The notes below the pieces were generated by a model. That model did no database searches, was not told the DNA's origin, and was given only the letters and a program-made list of their open reading frames with translations. This document shows positions 1-10,570 of a stretch of DNA of 64,000 nucleotides, in pieces. The number at the start of each line of letters is the position of its first letter. Position 1 is the first letter of the stretch. The position numbers and the translations under genes are program-made. This DNA is from Atribacterota bacterium. Lineage in GTDB: Bacteria; Atribacterota; Phoenicimicrobiia; Phoenicimicrobiales; Stramentimicrobiaceae. Where the stretch lies: assembly GCA_040767965.1 (NCBI GenBank), contig JAXGNR010000004.1, forward strand, positions 544,001-608,000, given 5' to 3'.

Positions 1-1
1 T

Positions 2-1906
2 ACTACTTTTGATGTCCGAGACAGTCAAATAAGTGATATTTTCAATGAGGATGATCCTATTACTGAAATAAGAAATTTAAATGAAAAGTATTCTTTATAT
101 TTGGAAGAATCAACCATAATAAACCTGCTGGAAATTGATCATGAATCATTGAAAGAAATCGAAAAAAGCATTTTTTTATCAATAAGAAAGCTGATGGAAC
201 AGGGAATAAGAGAAGATGATTTAGAAGAAATGAAAAAGCAAATTATAAAAGAAATAAGTGATGTATCTACTAGCTCATATGTTGCGTTTTTAGCAAGCCC
301 TTTAGGAGAAGAATTTTTAAAACCAAGTTTGTTTTTAGATGTGGAGGCTACTGAGAAGAAAAGAATTGAGTCTATAGCTAATGTGAGAGATGTTAAGAAT
401 ATTATCAGGAAAGACCAGATAATAATAAGAAAAGGTGAAATAGTTAAACCAGATCAGATAGAAATACTAAAAATATTAGGACTTCAAAATTCTATTTTAC
501 ATTTCAGGAATATTCTTGGTTTATTCTCAGTTAATTTATTATTCATCTTTTTAATAGGAATTTATCTGTATATATTTTATAGAAGATTGTATGAAGATAT
601 CAATAAATTAATACTATTAAGTATTATTTATGTTTTCATGATGTTATTGGCAAAAATATCAGGGGAAATTTCAGGTTATCTGATTCCAATGGCTTTTGCG
701 TCAATGTTAATTGCTATTACTATAGATTCCAGGTTATCTTTATGGATGACTTTTCTCCTTTCAATAAACCTGGGGTTTATGTTTTTAGGAGAGGGAGAGA
801 TAAGTTTCATAATCATAGCATTTATAGGAGGAGTGGTAGCTGTTTTTAGTATTAGAAAAGCAATACAGAGATCAAGTCTAACAAGAGCCGGTTTGCTTAT
901 AGCAGTTATTAATGTGTTTACAATATTTGCTTTAGGTTTAATTAGCAATAACACTACCCAGATGATACTGGAAAATAGCATGTGGGGCGCGCTCAATGGA
1001 ATAATATCAGCAATTCTTACAATTGGGATTCTCCCTTTTTTAGAAAGTCTATTTGACATTACTTCATCATTTAAACTGATGGAATTATCAAATCCCAACC
1101 AACCGTTATTAAAGCAACTACTGGTAGAGGCTCCTGGAACCTATCATCATAGTGTGGTGGTTGGCAATCTTGCTGAAACAGCATCTGAAGAAGTTGGAGG
1201 AAATGCTCTGCTGACTAGAGTAGGTGCATATTATCATGACATAGGGAAATTAAAAAGGCCTTATTTTTTTTCTGAAAATCAAGACGCGTATAAAAATTCT
1301 CATGATGATATGGAGCCCAGTCTAAGTGCCCTGGTTATAGCATCGCATGTAAAAGATGGAGTTGAAATGGCGAAAAAATATCGATTACCAAAAGCTATAA
1401 TAGATATTATAAATCAGCATCATGGCACTGGCTTAATCAGCTATTTTTTTCATAAAGCCTTACAAACAAATGCTGTTAAATCTGGCACAGTAAACGAAGA
1501 AAACTATAGATATTCAGGACCTAAACCCCAAAGTAAAGAAGCGGGAATTATTATGTTGGCAGATATCTTAGAAGCAGAAGCCAGGACTCTTAATAGTCCA
1601 ACATCCAGCAGGATCAAAAATTTAACCCAAAGCGTAGTAAACAGATGTTTGGAAAATGGACAATTAGACGAATGTAATTTAACTCTAAAGGATTTGACAA
1701 AAATTAAAGAAGTATTCTCAAAAATATTTATTGGAATGTTTCATAGTCGCATTGAGTATCCTGATGAAGAATTGATTAGCCAGTTAAAGAAGGAGCAAAT
1801 GCAGAATGAAAGTGTTAATAAAAAACAAACAGAAAAAACAAATCAGTCTTACGAAAATAAAAATGGTGATAAGAACAATATTGAAGATGGGGAAAGTAAA
1901 ACATGA
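2..1906 (+). CDS. pgpH: 7TM-HD (HDIG) membrane phosphohydrolase, PgpH-like c-di-AMP phosphodiesterase; 5'-truncated by the window edge
   Basis: Frame is open from base 2. Hydrophobic 7TM block is followed by HD motifs GTYHHS, YYHDIGK, SHV, QHHG and LAD. Sits directly upstream of ybeY as in Firmicutes. Confidence 0.85.
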   Translation, partial: TTFDVRDSQISDIFNEDDPITEIRNLNEKYSLYLEESTIINLLEIDHESLKEIEKSIFLSIRKLMEQGIREDDLEEMKKQIIKEISDVSTSSYVAFLASPLGEEFLKPSLFLDVEATEKKRIESIANVRDVKNIIRKDQIIIRKGEIVKPDQIEILKILGLQNSILHFRNILGLFSVNLLFIFLIGIYLYIFYRRLYEDINKLILLSIIYVFMMLLAKISGEISGYLIPMAFASMLIAITIDSRLSLWMTFLLSINLGFMFLGEGEISFIIIAFIGGVVAVFSIRKAIQRSSLTRAGLLIAVINVFTIFALGLISNNTTQMILENSMWGALNGIISAILTIGILPFLESLFDITSSFKLMELSNPNQPLLKQLLVEAPGTYHHSVVVGNLAETASEEVGGNALLTRVGAYYHDIGKLKRPYFFSENQDAYKNSHDDMEPSLSALVIASHVKDGVEMAKKYRLPKAIIDIINQHHGTGLISYFFHKALQTNAVKSGTVNEENYRYSGPKPQSKEAGIIMLADILEAEARTLNSPTSSRIKNLTQSVVNRCLENGQLDECNLTLKDLTKIKEVFSKIFIGMFHSRIEYPDEELISQLKKEQMQNESVNKKQTEKTNQSYENKNGDKNNIEDGESKT

Positions 1907-2285
1907 TTGCGAAGTTAGCATCTTGCTAACAGAAAATGAGGAAATTCAAACATTAAACCATATTTACCGAAAGATTAACAAACCAACTGATGTATTGGCA
2001 TTTAGTATGAGAGAAGTGATTGATGAAGACTTGGTATCAGTAAAAGTTAAAGAAACAGATCTAGAAGATTGTTTATTAGGCGATATTGTAATTTCTACGG
2101 AAATGACCGAAATACAAGCAAAAGAAAATGGACATTCTTTTGAAAAAGAGCTAATTATTTTAATTATTCATGGCTTATTGCATTTATTGGGTTTTGATCA
2201 TGAGGCCGAAAAAGAAAGAGAAATAATGCAAGCAGAAGAGAAATTGATTCTTGAAAAGATTGAAAAGGATATTGGCATAAATTAA
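1806..2285 (+). CDS. ybeY: rRNA maturation endoribonuclease YbeY
   Basis: Motifs PTDVLAF, LGDIVIS and HGLLHLLGFDH; AGGAG RBS near 1791. Confidence 0.95.
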   Translation: MKVLIKNKQKKQISLTKIKMVIRTILKMGKVKHDCEVSILLTENEEIQTLNHIYRKINKPTDVLAFSMREVIDEDLVSVKVKETDLEDCLLGDIVISTEMTEIQAKENGHSFEKELIILIIHGLLHLLGFDHEAEKEREIMQAEEKLILEKIEKDIGIN

Positions 2286-2425
2286 ATATTTATATAAGAT
2301 TTAAAAAATGTATTTATTGTCCATCAGTACAGTTTCAGCAGATATTGTTTAAAAGAGAAATATTATTTTAATCAGAAGGCCAACTTTGTTTATATTTCAG
2401 TTTAAATTACTTTTTATTTTATGAG

Positions 2426-3388
2426 ATGAAAAGATATAAAAATAATTGCTTTTTTATAATAGTGATTTTAATTTGTTTTTTTTGTAATGTATCTGATTTT
2501 AATTCCAGAAGAATAGAATGCTTTGCAAAGCATGAGCACGAGAACAGGCCAATTGCAGCAATGATTGGTAATTCATTCAAAGAAAGAGATATTCAAAAGG
2601 GTTTGGGAGAAGCAGATATTATTTATGAAATTCCAGTTGAATATCCTTTTACCAGATTGATGGCTTTATTTTTAAACCCGGAAGAAAAAGATATTGTTAT
2701 TGGTCCAATAAGAAGCAGCCGTTATTATTTTTCAAGAATATGTTCAGAATGGTCAGCAATATTTATCCATTGTGGAGGACAAAGTTTAAAGAATGAGAAA
2801 GTTTTAGATTTAGATGAAATGAATTTTCCTTTGTTATATTGGAGAGATAATAAAATTGGTGGCTGGATAAATTTGTTTACTAGTATAAAGAAAATACGAG
2901 AGAATACCGACAGTTTAAATAAATTGATGGAAAAATTTGGAAATAATAAATCTCTAATTAGAAATGCTGAGATAATTAATTCTGATTCAAAAAATGTATC
3001 CAAAATATCTATCAAATATAATTCTGATTATCAGGTGAATTATGAATATAGCAAAGATGATAAATTATATTTCAGATATGTAAATCAGAGGCCCCACATG
3101 GATAACAATGATTTAATTCCTATTAATGCATCTAGCATAATTATACAACATGTGCCAGTTGAAAAAATAGAAGATGACCTAGAAGGTCGATTAGACATTA
3201 AATTGGTAGGAGAAGGAATTGCAAGAATCTTTCAAAATGGCATTCAAAGAGTCGTTAGGTGGGAGAAGCAAAACATAAATGAAAGAACAGTCTTTTATCT
3301 AAATAATGAGAATGAAGAAATAAATTTTCAGGATGGAAATATCTGGATTCACCTTGTTCCTTCTGATATAGAAATTTGGTTAAAGTAA
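2426..3388 (+). CDS. DUF3048 (YerB-like) exported/membrane-anchored protein
   Basis: N-terminal hydrophobic segment. Motifs RPIAAMIGN, GLGEADIIYE, TRLMA, IGPIRSSRYYF, HCGG and C-terminal GNIWI match my recollection of DUF3048. Confidence 0.75.
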   Translation: MKRYKNNCFFIIVILICFFCNVSDFNSRRIECFAKHEHENRPIAAMIGNSFKERDIQKGLGEADIIYEIPVEYPFTRLMALFLNPEEKDIVIGPIRSSRYYFSRICSEWSAIFIHCGGQSLKNEKVLDLDEMNFPLLYWRDNKIGGWINLFTSIKKIRENTDSLNKLMEKFGNNKSLIRNAEIINSDSKNVSKISIKYNSDYQVNYEYSKDDKLYFRYVNQRPHMDNNDLIPINASSIIIQHVPVEKIEDDLEGRLDIKLVGEGIARIFQNGIQRVVRWEKQNINERTVFYLNNENEEINFQDGNIWIHLVPSDIEIWLK

Positions 3389-3699
3389 TAAAAAAATAAA
3401 CAAATAAATTTTAGTAGAATTAAATTTTAAAGATATCAAAAGTAAACTCTAATCCTATTGCTTTTAAATTCCCAACTAGCGTAGTATAGAGAGTATTTTA
3501 GAAAATTTAACTATTTTTATAAAAACAGCGATTTTAATCTATAGAGTCTATAGAGAATGAATTATACTTGCAGAGGATTTCTTTTATAAATATTTAAATA
3601 GCTTAATTTCAGGTTTGATATTTTTATATTTTTCATATTTAGTGGTTACAATTATAATATAAATATATTATCAATATATTTAAGAATAGGTATTTTGAA

Positions 3700-4464
3700 A
3701 TGTCCAGTCGATTGTTTCGAACAAATGGCATAGTGTTAAAAAATTTTAAATTGAATGAATCAGATAAAATATTAACAATATATACTCAAAATTATGGCAA
3801 AATAAGGGCTATTGCGAAAGGTGTAAGAAAAACAAAAAGTCAATTTGGCAGTAGCCTTGAAAACCTGACTCTAGTTAATATTTTGGCATTTAAAGGAAAA
3901 AATTTGAATATAATAAGTCAAACTGAAATCATTGCATCTTTTTTTTCTGAATGTAAAGACTTATATCTTTATGGACTGGCATTACAATGTGCAGAAATTA
4001 TTGATAAAGTGACTGCAGATGAAGACTCAAATGAATCTCTTTATTTATTAGCAAAAGATGTATTTAGTTTCCTTAGAGTAGAAAAAAACCCTTTATTATT
4101 AATTGCTGCTTTTAAATGGAAGCTGCTATCCTTAATGGGTTATAGCCCCAAAATAAATTATTGTGCTAATTGCAACCAGAAGAAAGTTGTATGTAGTGAA
4201 AGTTATATGTTTGATATCCAAAACGGCGGAATACTATGTAGTGACTGTCAAAAAATACAAAGCTATTATAAAATCATTATTACCAAGTACTGTCTTCAAT
4301 TATTAGGAAGAATATTAGTTGCTGATTTAAGTAAAATACATAATAAAAAAGTTTCAAAATCAGATTTAGATGATTTAAATGTTTTAACTGACAAGTATCT
4401 GGAATATCATTTTGAAATAGTAAATTTAAGTAAAAATTTCTTGAATAGAATAAAGTTATTATAA
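3700..4464 (+). CDS. recO: DNA repair protein RecO
   Basis: GIVLK..ESDKILTIYT..GKI.AIAKG, a Zn-finger CANC...CSDC, and position upstream of glyQS. Confidence 0.95.
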   Translation: MSSRLFRTNGIVLKNFKLNESDKILTIYTQNYGKIRAIAKGVRKTKSQFGSSLENLTLVNILAFKGKNLNIISQTEIIASFFSECKDLYLYGLALQCAEIIDKVTADEDSNESLYLLAKDVFSFLRVEKNPLLLIAAFKWKLLSLMGYSPKINYCANCNQKKVVCSESYMFDIQNGGILCSDCQKIQSYYKIIITKYCLQLLGRILVADLSKIHNKKVSKSDLDDLNVLTDKYLEYHFEIVNLSKNFLNRIKLL

Positions 4465-4502
4465 AAAAGAATTTTAGAATGTGAAATCATGCCAATCTTT
4501 TT

Positions 4503-4531
4503 TTGACATCATATTATGATTTTGCTATATT
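4503..4531 (+). promoter_or_regulatory. sigma70-type promoter for glyQS
   Basis: TTGACA-N17-TATATT with an extended -10 TG. Confidence 0.6.
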
Positions 4532-4672
4532 TATAAAGATGTTTTTACCCCTATTAGAATTACACATTATTCTGTGAATAAGCAAAAAATATATTTATTT
4601 AAAATAAATATATTTTATATACTATTCTATTTATTGATATTTTAAAAAATATGTTAATTGAGGAAACAGATT

Positions 4673-5548
4673 TTGAATATACAGGATATAGTTTTTAATT
4701 TACAAAGATTTTGGAGTAATAATGGTTGTATTATTCTAACATCTTATGATACCGAGGTTGGTGCAGGAACTATGAATCCAGCAACTTTTTTACGTGTGCT
4801 AGGGCCTGAACCATGGAATGCTTCTTATGTTGAACCTTCTAGAAGACCTGCTGATGGTCGGTATGGAGAGAACCCTAATCGTGTTCAACAGCATTATCAA
4901 TTTCAAGTTATCATGAAGCCTTCACCAGATAACATTCAGAATTTATATTTAAACAGTCTTGAAAAAATAGGTATTTACAGAAATGAACATGATATAAGAT
5001 TTATGGAAGGTGATTGGGAAGCCCCCACCTTGGGAGCTTGGGGGTTAGGTTGGGAAATAGTGCTAGATGGATTGGAAATATCTCAATTTACTTATTTTCA
5101 ACAAGCCGGAGGTATAGATTTAGAACCGATATCTGTTGAGATAACTTATGGATTAGAGAGGCTTGCAATGGTTATTCAACAAAAAGAAAATATATTTGAT
5201 TTGCTCTGGAATGATACCATTACCTACCGGGAAATACAACACCAAGCAGAAGTTGAACAGTCTTTATACAACTTTAAAGATGCTGATGTGAAAATGCTTT
5301 TAAGTTTATTTAAAATTTATGAAAAAGAAGCAAAAAATTTATTAACAAAAAAATTACCAATACCAGCATATGATTTTACCTTAAAATGCTCTCATACATT
5401 TAATTTGTTAGAAGCAAGAGGTGCAATAAGTGTTACAGAAAGAACTGGTTATATTTCCAGAGTAAGAGAATTAGCTAAAATATGTGCTCAGAATTATATT
5501 GAAAAAAGAGAAATCCTCGGGTATCCGCTAATAAAAAAGGAATGCTGA
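4673..5548 (+). CDS. glyQ: glycine--tRNA ligase alpha subunit
   Basis: [32 protein letters not shown] at 4673 follows a GAGGA RBS (ORF track starts at 4658). Confidence 0.97.
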   Translation: MNIQDIVFNLQRFWSNNGCIILTSYDTEVGAGTMNPATFLRVLGPEPWNASYVEPSRRPADGRYGENPNRVQQHYQFQVIMKPSPDNIQNLYLNSLEKIGIYRNEHDIRFMEGDWEAPTLGAWGLGWEIVLDGLEISQFTYFQQAGGIDLEPISVEITYGLERLAMVIQQKENIFDLLWNDTITYREIQHQAEVEQSLYNFKDADVKMLLSLFKIYEKEAKNLLTKKLPIPAYDFTLKCSHTFNLLEARGAISVTERTGYISRVRELAKICAQNYIEKREILGYPLIKKEC

Positions 5549-7669
5549 ATGAATAAATTGTTATTAGAAATAGGTCTTGAAGAAATCCCTTCAATGTATA
5601 TTGATAGAATTATTGCTGACTTGGAAAAAAATACAAAAGATATTTTCAATAAAATGAAAATTGAATATAAAAATATATATTCATTTGGGACACCCAGAAG
5701 AATCGGTATTTATCTGGAAAATCTAGAAGAAAAGCAAAAGGATGAATTCAGAAAAATAAAAGGTCCTTCAAAAAATATTGCTTTCGATGAAAATGGAAAA
5801 CCTACTCAACCTGCAATAAAATTTGCCCAGGCTAACAATTTAGCAGTTGAAGAATTAGTTGTAGAAGAAACAAACAAGGGAGATTATTTATTTGCCAGCA
5901 AAACTATTAAGGGATGTAATACTGTAGATTTGTTACCAGATATATTAAAAGATATTATTTCTTCTTTTAATTTTCAAAAAACTATGAAATGGGGAAAATC
6001 TTCTTTACGTTTTATTAGACCAATTAGATGGTTATTAGCTTTGTATAATGAAGAAGTTATCCCAATCAGTATTGAATATATTAAATCCGACAGAAAGACT
6101 TTTGGGCATTTACTGCTTTCGCCAGATTATATTAATGTCTGTTCAGTAGATGACTATTTTGAAAAAATAGAAAAAAGTTTTGTTATTATTGATCCAATAA
6201 AGAGGGAAAAACTAATTCGAGAACAGTCAAAAAAAGCATTAAAAAAAATTAATGCCAATAACTTGATTAATGAAAAATTATTAAAAGAAGTCAAGAATAT
6301 AGTTGAATTTCCCAGGATACTTACCGGCCAATTTGATGCTAACTACTTAAAATTACCCACCGAAGTGCTTGAATCAGTCATGATTAATCATCAAAAGTAT
6401 TTCCCGGTATATTCAGAAGAAGGTAATTTACTGCCATTTTTTTTAGTAGCAATAAATGGTAATGATTTAGAGTTTAGCAAAAAAATAATAACAGGGAATG
6501 AAAGAGTTCTAAAGGCAAGATTGGAAGATGCAATATTTTTCTATCAAGAAGATCTGAAAACAGCCAAGAGAACTTCAAAGCCTTTAGATGAAAAATTAGA
6601 AAAGCTAAAAAAGGTAATATTTCAAGAAAATGCAGGTTCTTTATTTGATAAAACTGAAAGATTGATTGCTTTATCAGAAAAATTAGGTTTTTTATTAAAT
6701 TTGGACACTGAAAAATTAAAAAATATTAAAAGAACAGCTCAAATATGTAAGACTGACTTAATTTCTGAAATGGTAAAAGAATTTCCTGAATTACAAGGAA
6801 TTATCGGAAAAGAATATGCGCTACTGCAAGGAGAAAATAAAGAAGTTGCTGATGGTATATATGAACATTATTTGCCCAGGTCTGCTAATGATTTTCTGCC
6901 AAAAACAGAATCCGGTATTATTGTCAGCATTGCAGATAAATTGGATAATATTGTTTCTTGTTTTCTGAATAATATTATCCCTGATGGATCGCAAGATCCC
7001 TATGCCTTGCGAAGGCAATCTCTTGGAATAATAAACATTGTAATAAATAACAAATTAGATATCCCTTTGGGTAAATTGATAGATTTGAATATTAAATTAA
7101 TACTAGGTGAAGATGATACAATTTATAATATACATAAACTGAGAAAAGATGTTATCAGCTTTATTCTTCAACGTTTTAAAAATTTAGCCCTGGAACAAGG
7201 TTATAATTATGATATTATTGATGCTGTATTGTCTAAAGATAATGATAATATACTTGATGTTTTGTCTAGAATCACTACAATTAACAAAATTTATAATACA
7301 AGTAATTTTGGTAAAATTATTACAGCTGCCACCAGGTCTCAAAATTTATCTAAAAACCTGGATAATGGATCTTATTTTATCAATGAAATGTATTTCCAGA
7401 CGGAAGAAGAAAAATTATTATTTAATGAATATACTAAACTAAGTGATAAAATAAATAATTCTTTAAAGGTTAAAAAATATAAGGAAATATTGCATTATCT
7501 GGAAGAACTAAACGAACCTTTAGATATTTTTTTTGATAATGTCCTGGTTATGGAAAAGGATATTACAATTAGAAATAATCGGCTGTCACTATTAAAAAAA
7601 ATTGCCGAAATTTATAATTCCCTTGCAGATTTATCTAAAATTGCTCTTGCAAAAGGCAACTTTAAATGA
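5549..7669 (+). CDS. glyS: glycine--tRNA ligase beta subunit
   Basis: LLLEIGLEEIP, FIRPIRW, GNERVLKARLEDA, EFPELQG, GSQDPYALRR. Confidence 0.97.
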   Translation: MNKLLLEIGLEEIPSMYIDRIIADLEKNTKDIFNKMKIEYKNIYSFGTPRRIGIYLENLEEKQKDEFRKIKGPSKNIAFDENGKPTQPAIKFAQANNLAVEELVVEETNKGDYLFASKTIKGCNTVDLLPDILKDIISSFNFQKTMKWGKSSLRFIRPIRWLLALYNEEVIPISIEYIKSDRKTFGHLLLSPDYINVCSVDDYFEKIEKSFVIIDPIKREKLIREQSKKALKKINANNLINEKLLKEVKNIVEFPRILTGQFDANYLKLPTEVLESVMINHQKYFPVYSEEGNLLPFFLVAINGNDLEFSKKIITGNERVLKARLEDAIFFYQEDLKTAKRTSKPLDEKLEKLKKVIFQENAGSLFDKTERLIALSEKLGFLLNLDTEKLKNIKRTAQICKTDLISEMVKEFPELQGIIGKEYALLQGENKEVADGIYEHYLPRSANDFLPKTESGIIVSIADKLDNIVSCFLNNIIPDGSQDPYALRRQSLGIINIVINNKLDIPLGKLIDLNIKLILGEDDTIYNIHKLRKDVISFILQRFKNLALEQGYNYDIIDAVLSKDNDNILDVLSRITTINKIYNTSNFGKIITAATRSQNLSKNLDNGSYFINEMYFQTEEEKLLFNEYTKLSDKINNSLKVKKYKEILHYLEELNEPLDIFFDNVLVMEKDITIRNNRLSLLKKIAEIYNSLADLSKIALAKGNFK

Positions 7670-7765
7670 TTTAATTTATAAGATAAATATTTTTAAGTAA
7701 AGTAGAAAATTTATATTAAAAATATACATAAACAAAAACCAATAATGGAAGGAGAAATAATTACT

Positions 7766-10405
7766 ATGAAGAAATATGTATACTTTTTTGGTGAAGGCAA
7801 CAAAGATATGAGAAGCTTATTGGGAGGTAAGGGGGCAAACCTAGCCGAAATGACCAATATGGGATTGCCTGTTCCTCAAGGTTTTACAATTACGACTGAG
7901 GCATGCATTGAATACACTGATGGCAATAAAAAATTCCCGGTGGGATTAAGTGAACAAGTAGAAGAAAATTTGAAAAAATTAGAAGAAAAATCTCAAAAAC
8001 CATTTGGGGATTCTAAAAACCCTCTTCTGGTATCTGTTCGGTCAGGGGCTGCTTTTTCAATGCCTGGAATGATGGATACTATTTTAAACCTTGGATTAAA
8101 TGAAGATACGATAAAAGGTGTTATCAAAAAAACAAATGATGAAAGATTTGCTTATGATAGTTATCGTAGATTTATTCAGATGTTTGGGAATGTCGTAATG
8201 GGAATAAATGGTGAGCATTTTGAAGAAATACTAGAAGACATAAAAAAGAAAGAAGATGTTGAATATGATGCTGATATCTCCGTAGATGGGCTAAAGGAAG
8301 TTGTAAAAGGTTATAAGGCATTAGTTTTAAAAGATACCGGACAAAATTTCCCAGACGATCCCAAAGATCAGCTTAATATGGCCATCGAAGCAGTATTCAG
8401 CTCTTGGAGTAACAAAAGAGCTGTAACCTATAGAAGAATTAATAAAATTCCTGATGATCTGGGCACAGCTGTTAATGTTCAGGAAATGGTTTTTGGTAAT
8501 ATGGGATATGATTCTGGAACAGGCGTTGGTTTTACCAGAAACCCTTCAACTGGAGAAAAAGAAAATTATGGAGAATACCTCTTAAATGCACAAGGCGAAG
8601 ATGTAGTTGCAGGGATCAGGACTCCTAAACCATTAGATGAATTAAAAAATGATATGCCTGAAGTTTATAAAGAGTTAATTGATACTGTAACAATTTTAGA
8701 AAATAATTATAAAGATGTCCAGGATTACGAATTTACTATCGAAAAAGGTAAGCTTCATATTTTACAGACTAGAAATGGGAAACGTACTACCCAAGCTGCC
8801 TTAAAAATTGCAGTTGATATGGAAAAAGAAGGCATTATTGATAAAAAAGAAGCAGTCAGTAGAATTGAACCAATACAACTTAACCAACTTTTACATCGTA
8901 GAATAGACCCAGAAGCTGTTATTGAACCAATTGCTAAAGGTTTGCCCGCTTCTCCTGGAGCTGCCTCTGGTGAGGTTGTTTTTACAGCTGATGAAGCTGA
9001 AGAAAAAGGAAACAATGGAGAAAGTGTTATTCTGGTAAGAACTGAAACTACACCTGATGACATTCATGGTATGGTAACTTCAAAAGGCACTTTAACCAGT
9101 AGAGGTGGAATGACCAGCCATGCTGCTGTGGTAGCAAGAGGTATGGGTATGCCATGTGTAGCTGGATGTAGTGATATTAGAATAAATGCAGCAAAAGGAA
9201 TTTTTACTGTAAAAGATAAAACTATTAAAAAGGGTGATTATATCACTATAGATGGTGGAACTGGTAGTGTATATTTAGGCAAAGTTCCAATGATTGAGCC
9301 AAAAATGAGCGAAGACTTTAAATTACTTTTATCCTGGGCTGACGAAATAAGAAAATTAGGAGTTTACGCTAATGCTGACACCCCTGAAGATGCTCAAAAA
9401 GCAAGAGATCTGGGTGCAGAAGGAATAGGTTTGTGCAGAACAGAGCATATGTTTATGGCTCCTGAACGTTTACCAATTGTTCAGAAAATGGTAATCTCTG
9501 ATACAAAGAAAGACAGACAAGAACAACTGGATAAATTGTTGCCTATGCAAAAAAGTGATTTTATTGGTATTTTAAAAGCTATGCAGGGATTACCAGTCAT
9601 AATTAGATTGTTAGATCCCCCTTTGCATGAATTTTTGCCAAGCTTTGAAGAAACTTTAGTTAAAGTTACAACATTAAAACTAGAGAAACCTCAAAATAAA
9701 GAAGAATTAGAAAAAGAAGAAGGTATTCTTGATAGAATTAGAATGCTGCAGGAAATGAATCCAATGCTGGGATTAAGAGGATGCAGACTTGGACTATTAT
9801 ACCCTGAAATATATGAAATGCAAGTAAAGGCAATAATAGAGGCAAGTGTTGAATTAACCAAGCAGGGAATCAAGGTAAAACCAGAGATAATGATACCTTT
9901 AATAGGTCATATAAACGAATTAAAGCCTATATATGAGAAAACAAAAAAAATAGCAAAAGAAATAATTGCTAAAGAAAAAGTTGACTTTGATTATAAAATA
10001 GGTACTATGATTGAACTTCCAAGAGCTGCTTTAACTGCTGATGAAATTGCCCAATATGCAGAGTTCTTCTCTTTCGGTACAAATGACTTAACTCAAACAA
10101 CATTTGGAATTAGTAGAGATGATGCTGAAGGCAAATTCTTGCTGAAATATGTTGAAGAAGGAATCTTAAAAGAAAACCCGTTTGAAGTTCTGGATACAGA
10201 AGGTGTAGGAAAACTAGTCCAAACAGGCGTTGAGCTGGGAAGAAAAACCAATCCAGACCTGGAAGTCGGTATTTGTGGTGAACATGGCGGAGAACCTAGC
10301 TCTGTTGAATTTTGTCATAAAATTGGACTAAATTATGTTAGTTGTTCCCCTTTCCGAGTTCCAATCGCAAGATTAGCAGCAGCACATGCTGTTTTAAAGG
10401 AATAA
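7766..10405 (+). CDS. ppdK: pyruvate, phosphate dikinase
   Basis: LLGGKGANLAEM, SVRSGA, phospho-His motif GGMTSHAAVVARG, FFSFGTNDLTQ, GICGEHGG. ATG at 7766 follows AGGAG. Confidence 0.98.
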   Translation: MKKYVYFFGEGNKDMRSLLGGKGANLAEMTNMGLPVPQGFTITTEACIEYTDGNKKFPVGLSEQVEENLKKLEEKSQKPFGDSKNPLLVSVRSGAAFSMPGMMDTILNLGLNEDTIKGVIKKTNDERFAYDSYRRFIQMFGNVVMGINGEHFEEILEDIKKKEDVEYDADISVDGLKEVVKGYKALVLKDTGQNFPDDPKDQLNMAIEAVFSSWSNKRAVTYRRINKIPDDLGTAVNVQEMVFGNMGYDSGTGVGFTRNPSTGEKENYGEYLLNAQGEDVVAGIRTPKPLDELKNDMPEVYKELIDTVTILENNYKDVQDYEFTIEKGKLHILQTRNGKRTTQAALKIAVDMEKEGIIDKKEAVSRIEPIQLNQLLHRRIDPEAVIEPIAKGLPASPGAASGEVVFTADEAEEKGNNGESVILVRTETTPDDIHGMVTSKGTLTSRGGMTSHAAVVARGMGMPCVAGCSDIRINAAKGIFTVKDKTIKKGDYITIDGGTGSVYLGKVPMIEPKMSEDFKLLLSWADEIRKLGVYANADTPEDAQKARDLGAEGIGLCRTEHMFMAPERLPIVQKMVISDTKKDRQEQLDKLLPMQKSDFIGILKAMQGLPVIIRLLDPPLHEFLPSFEETLVKVTTLKLEKPQNKEELEKEEGILDRIRMLQEMNPMLGLRGCRLGLLYPEIYEMQVKAIIEASVELTKQGIKVKPEIMIPLIGHINELKPIYEKTKKIAKEIIAKEKVDFDYKIGTMIELPRAALTADEIAQYAEFFSFGTNDLTQTTFGISRDDAEGKFLLKYVEEGILKENPFEVLDTEGVGKLVQTGVELGRKTNPDLEVGICGEHGGEPSSVEFCHKIGLNYVSCSPFRVPIARLAAAHAVLKE

Positions 10406-10457
10406 GCTAATTGTATTTTAAAGCATTTAAAATAATAAGTTAATATTAAATTAAGAT

Positions 10458-10504
10458 AAGGTGGTTTCTCCTTAAATGTAAATATAAAAATGAGAAACCA
10501 CCTT
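10458..10504. repeat. 13-bp perfect inverted repeat (stem-loop) between ppdK and hppA
   Basis: AAGGTGGTTTCTC-N21-GAGAAACCACCTT. Confidence 0.75.
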
Positions 10505-10570
10505 GTGGTTTTATCAATTATTATCAAAATTTATAATTAAGCATATAAAAATTAAAAGGAGATATTTGCT

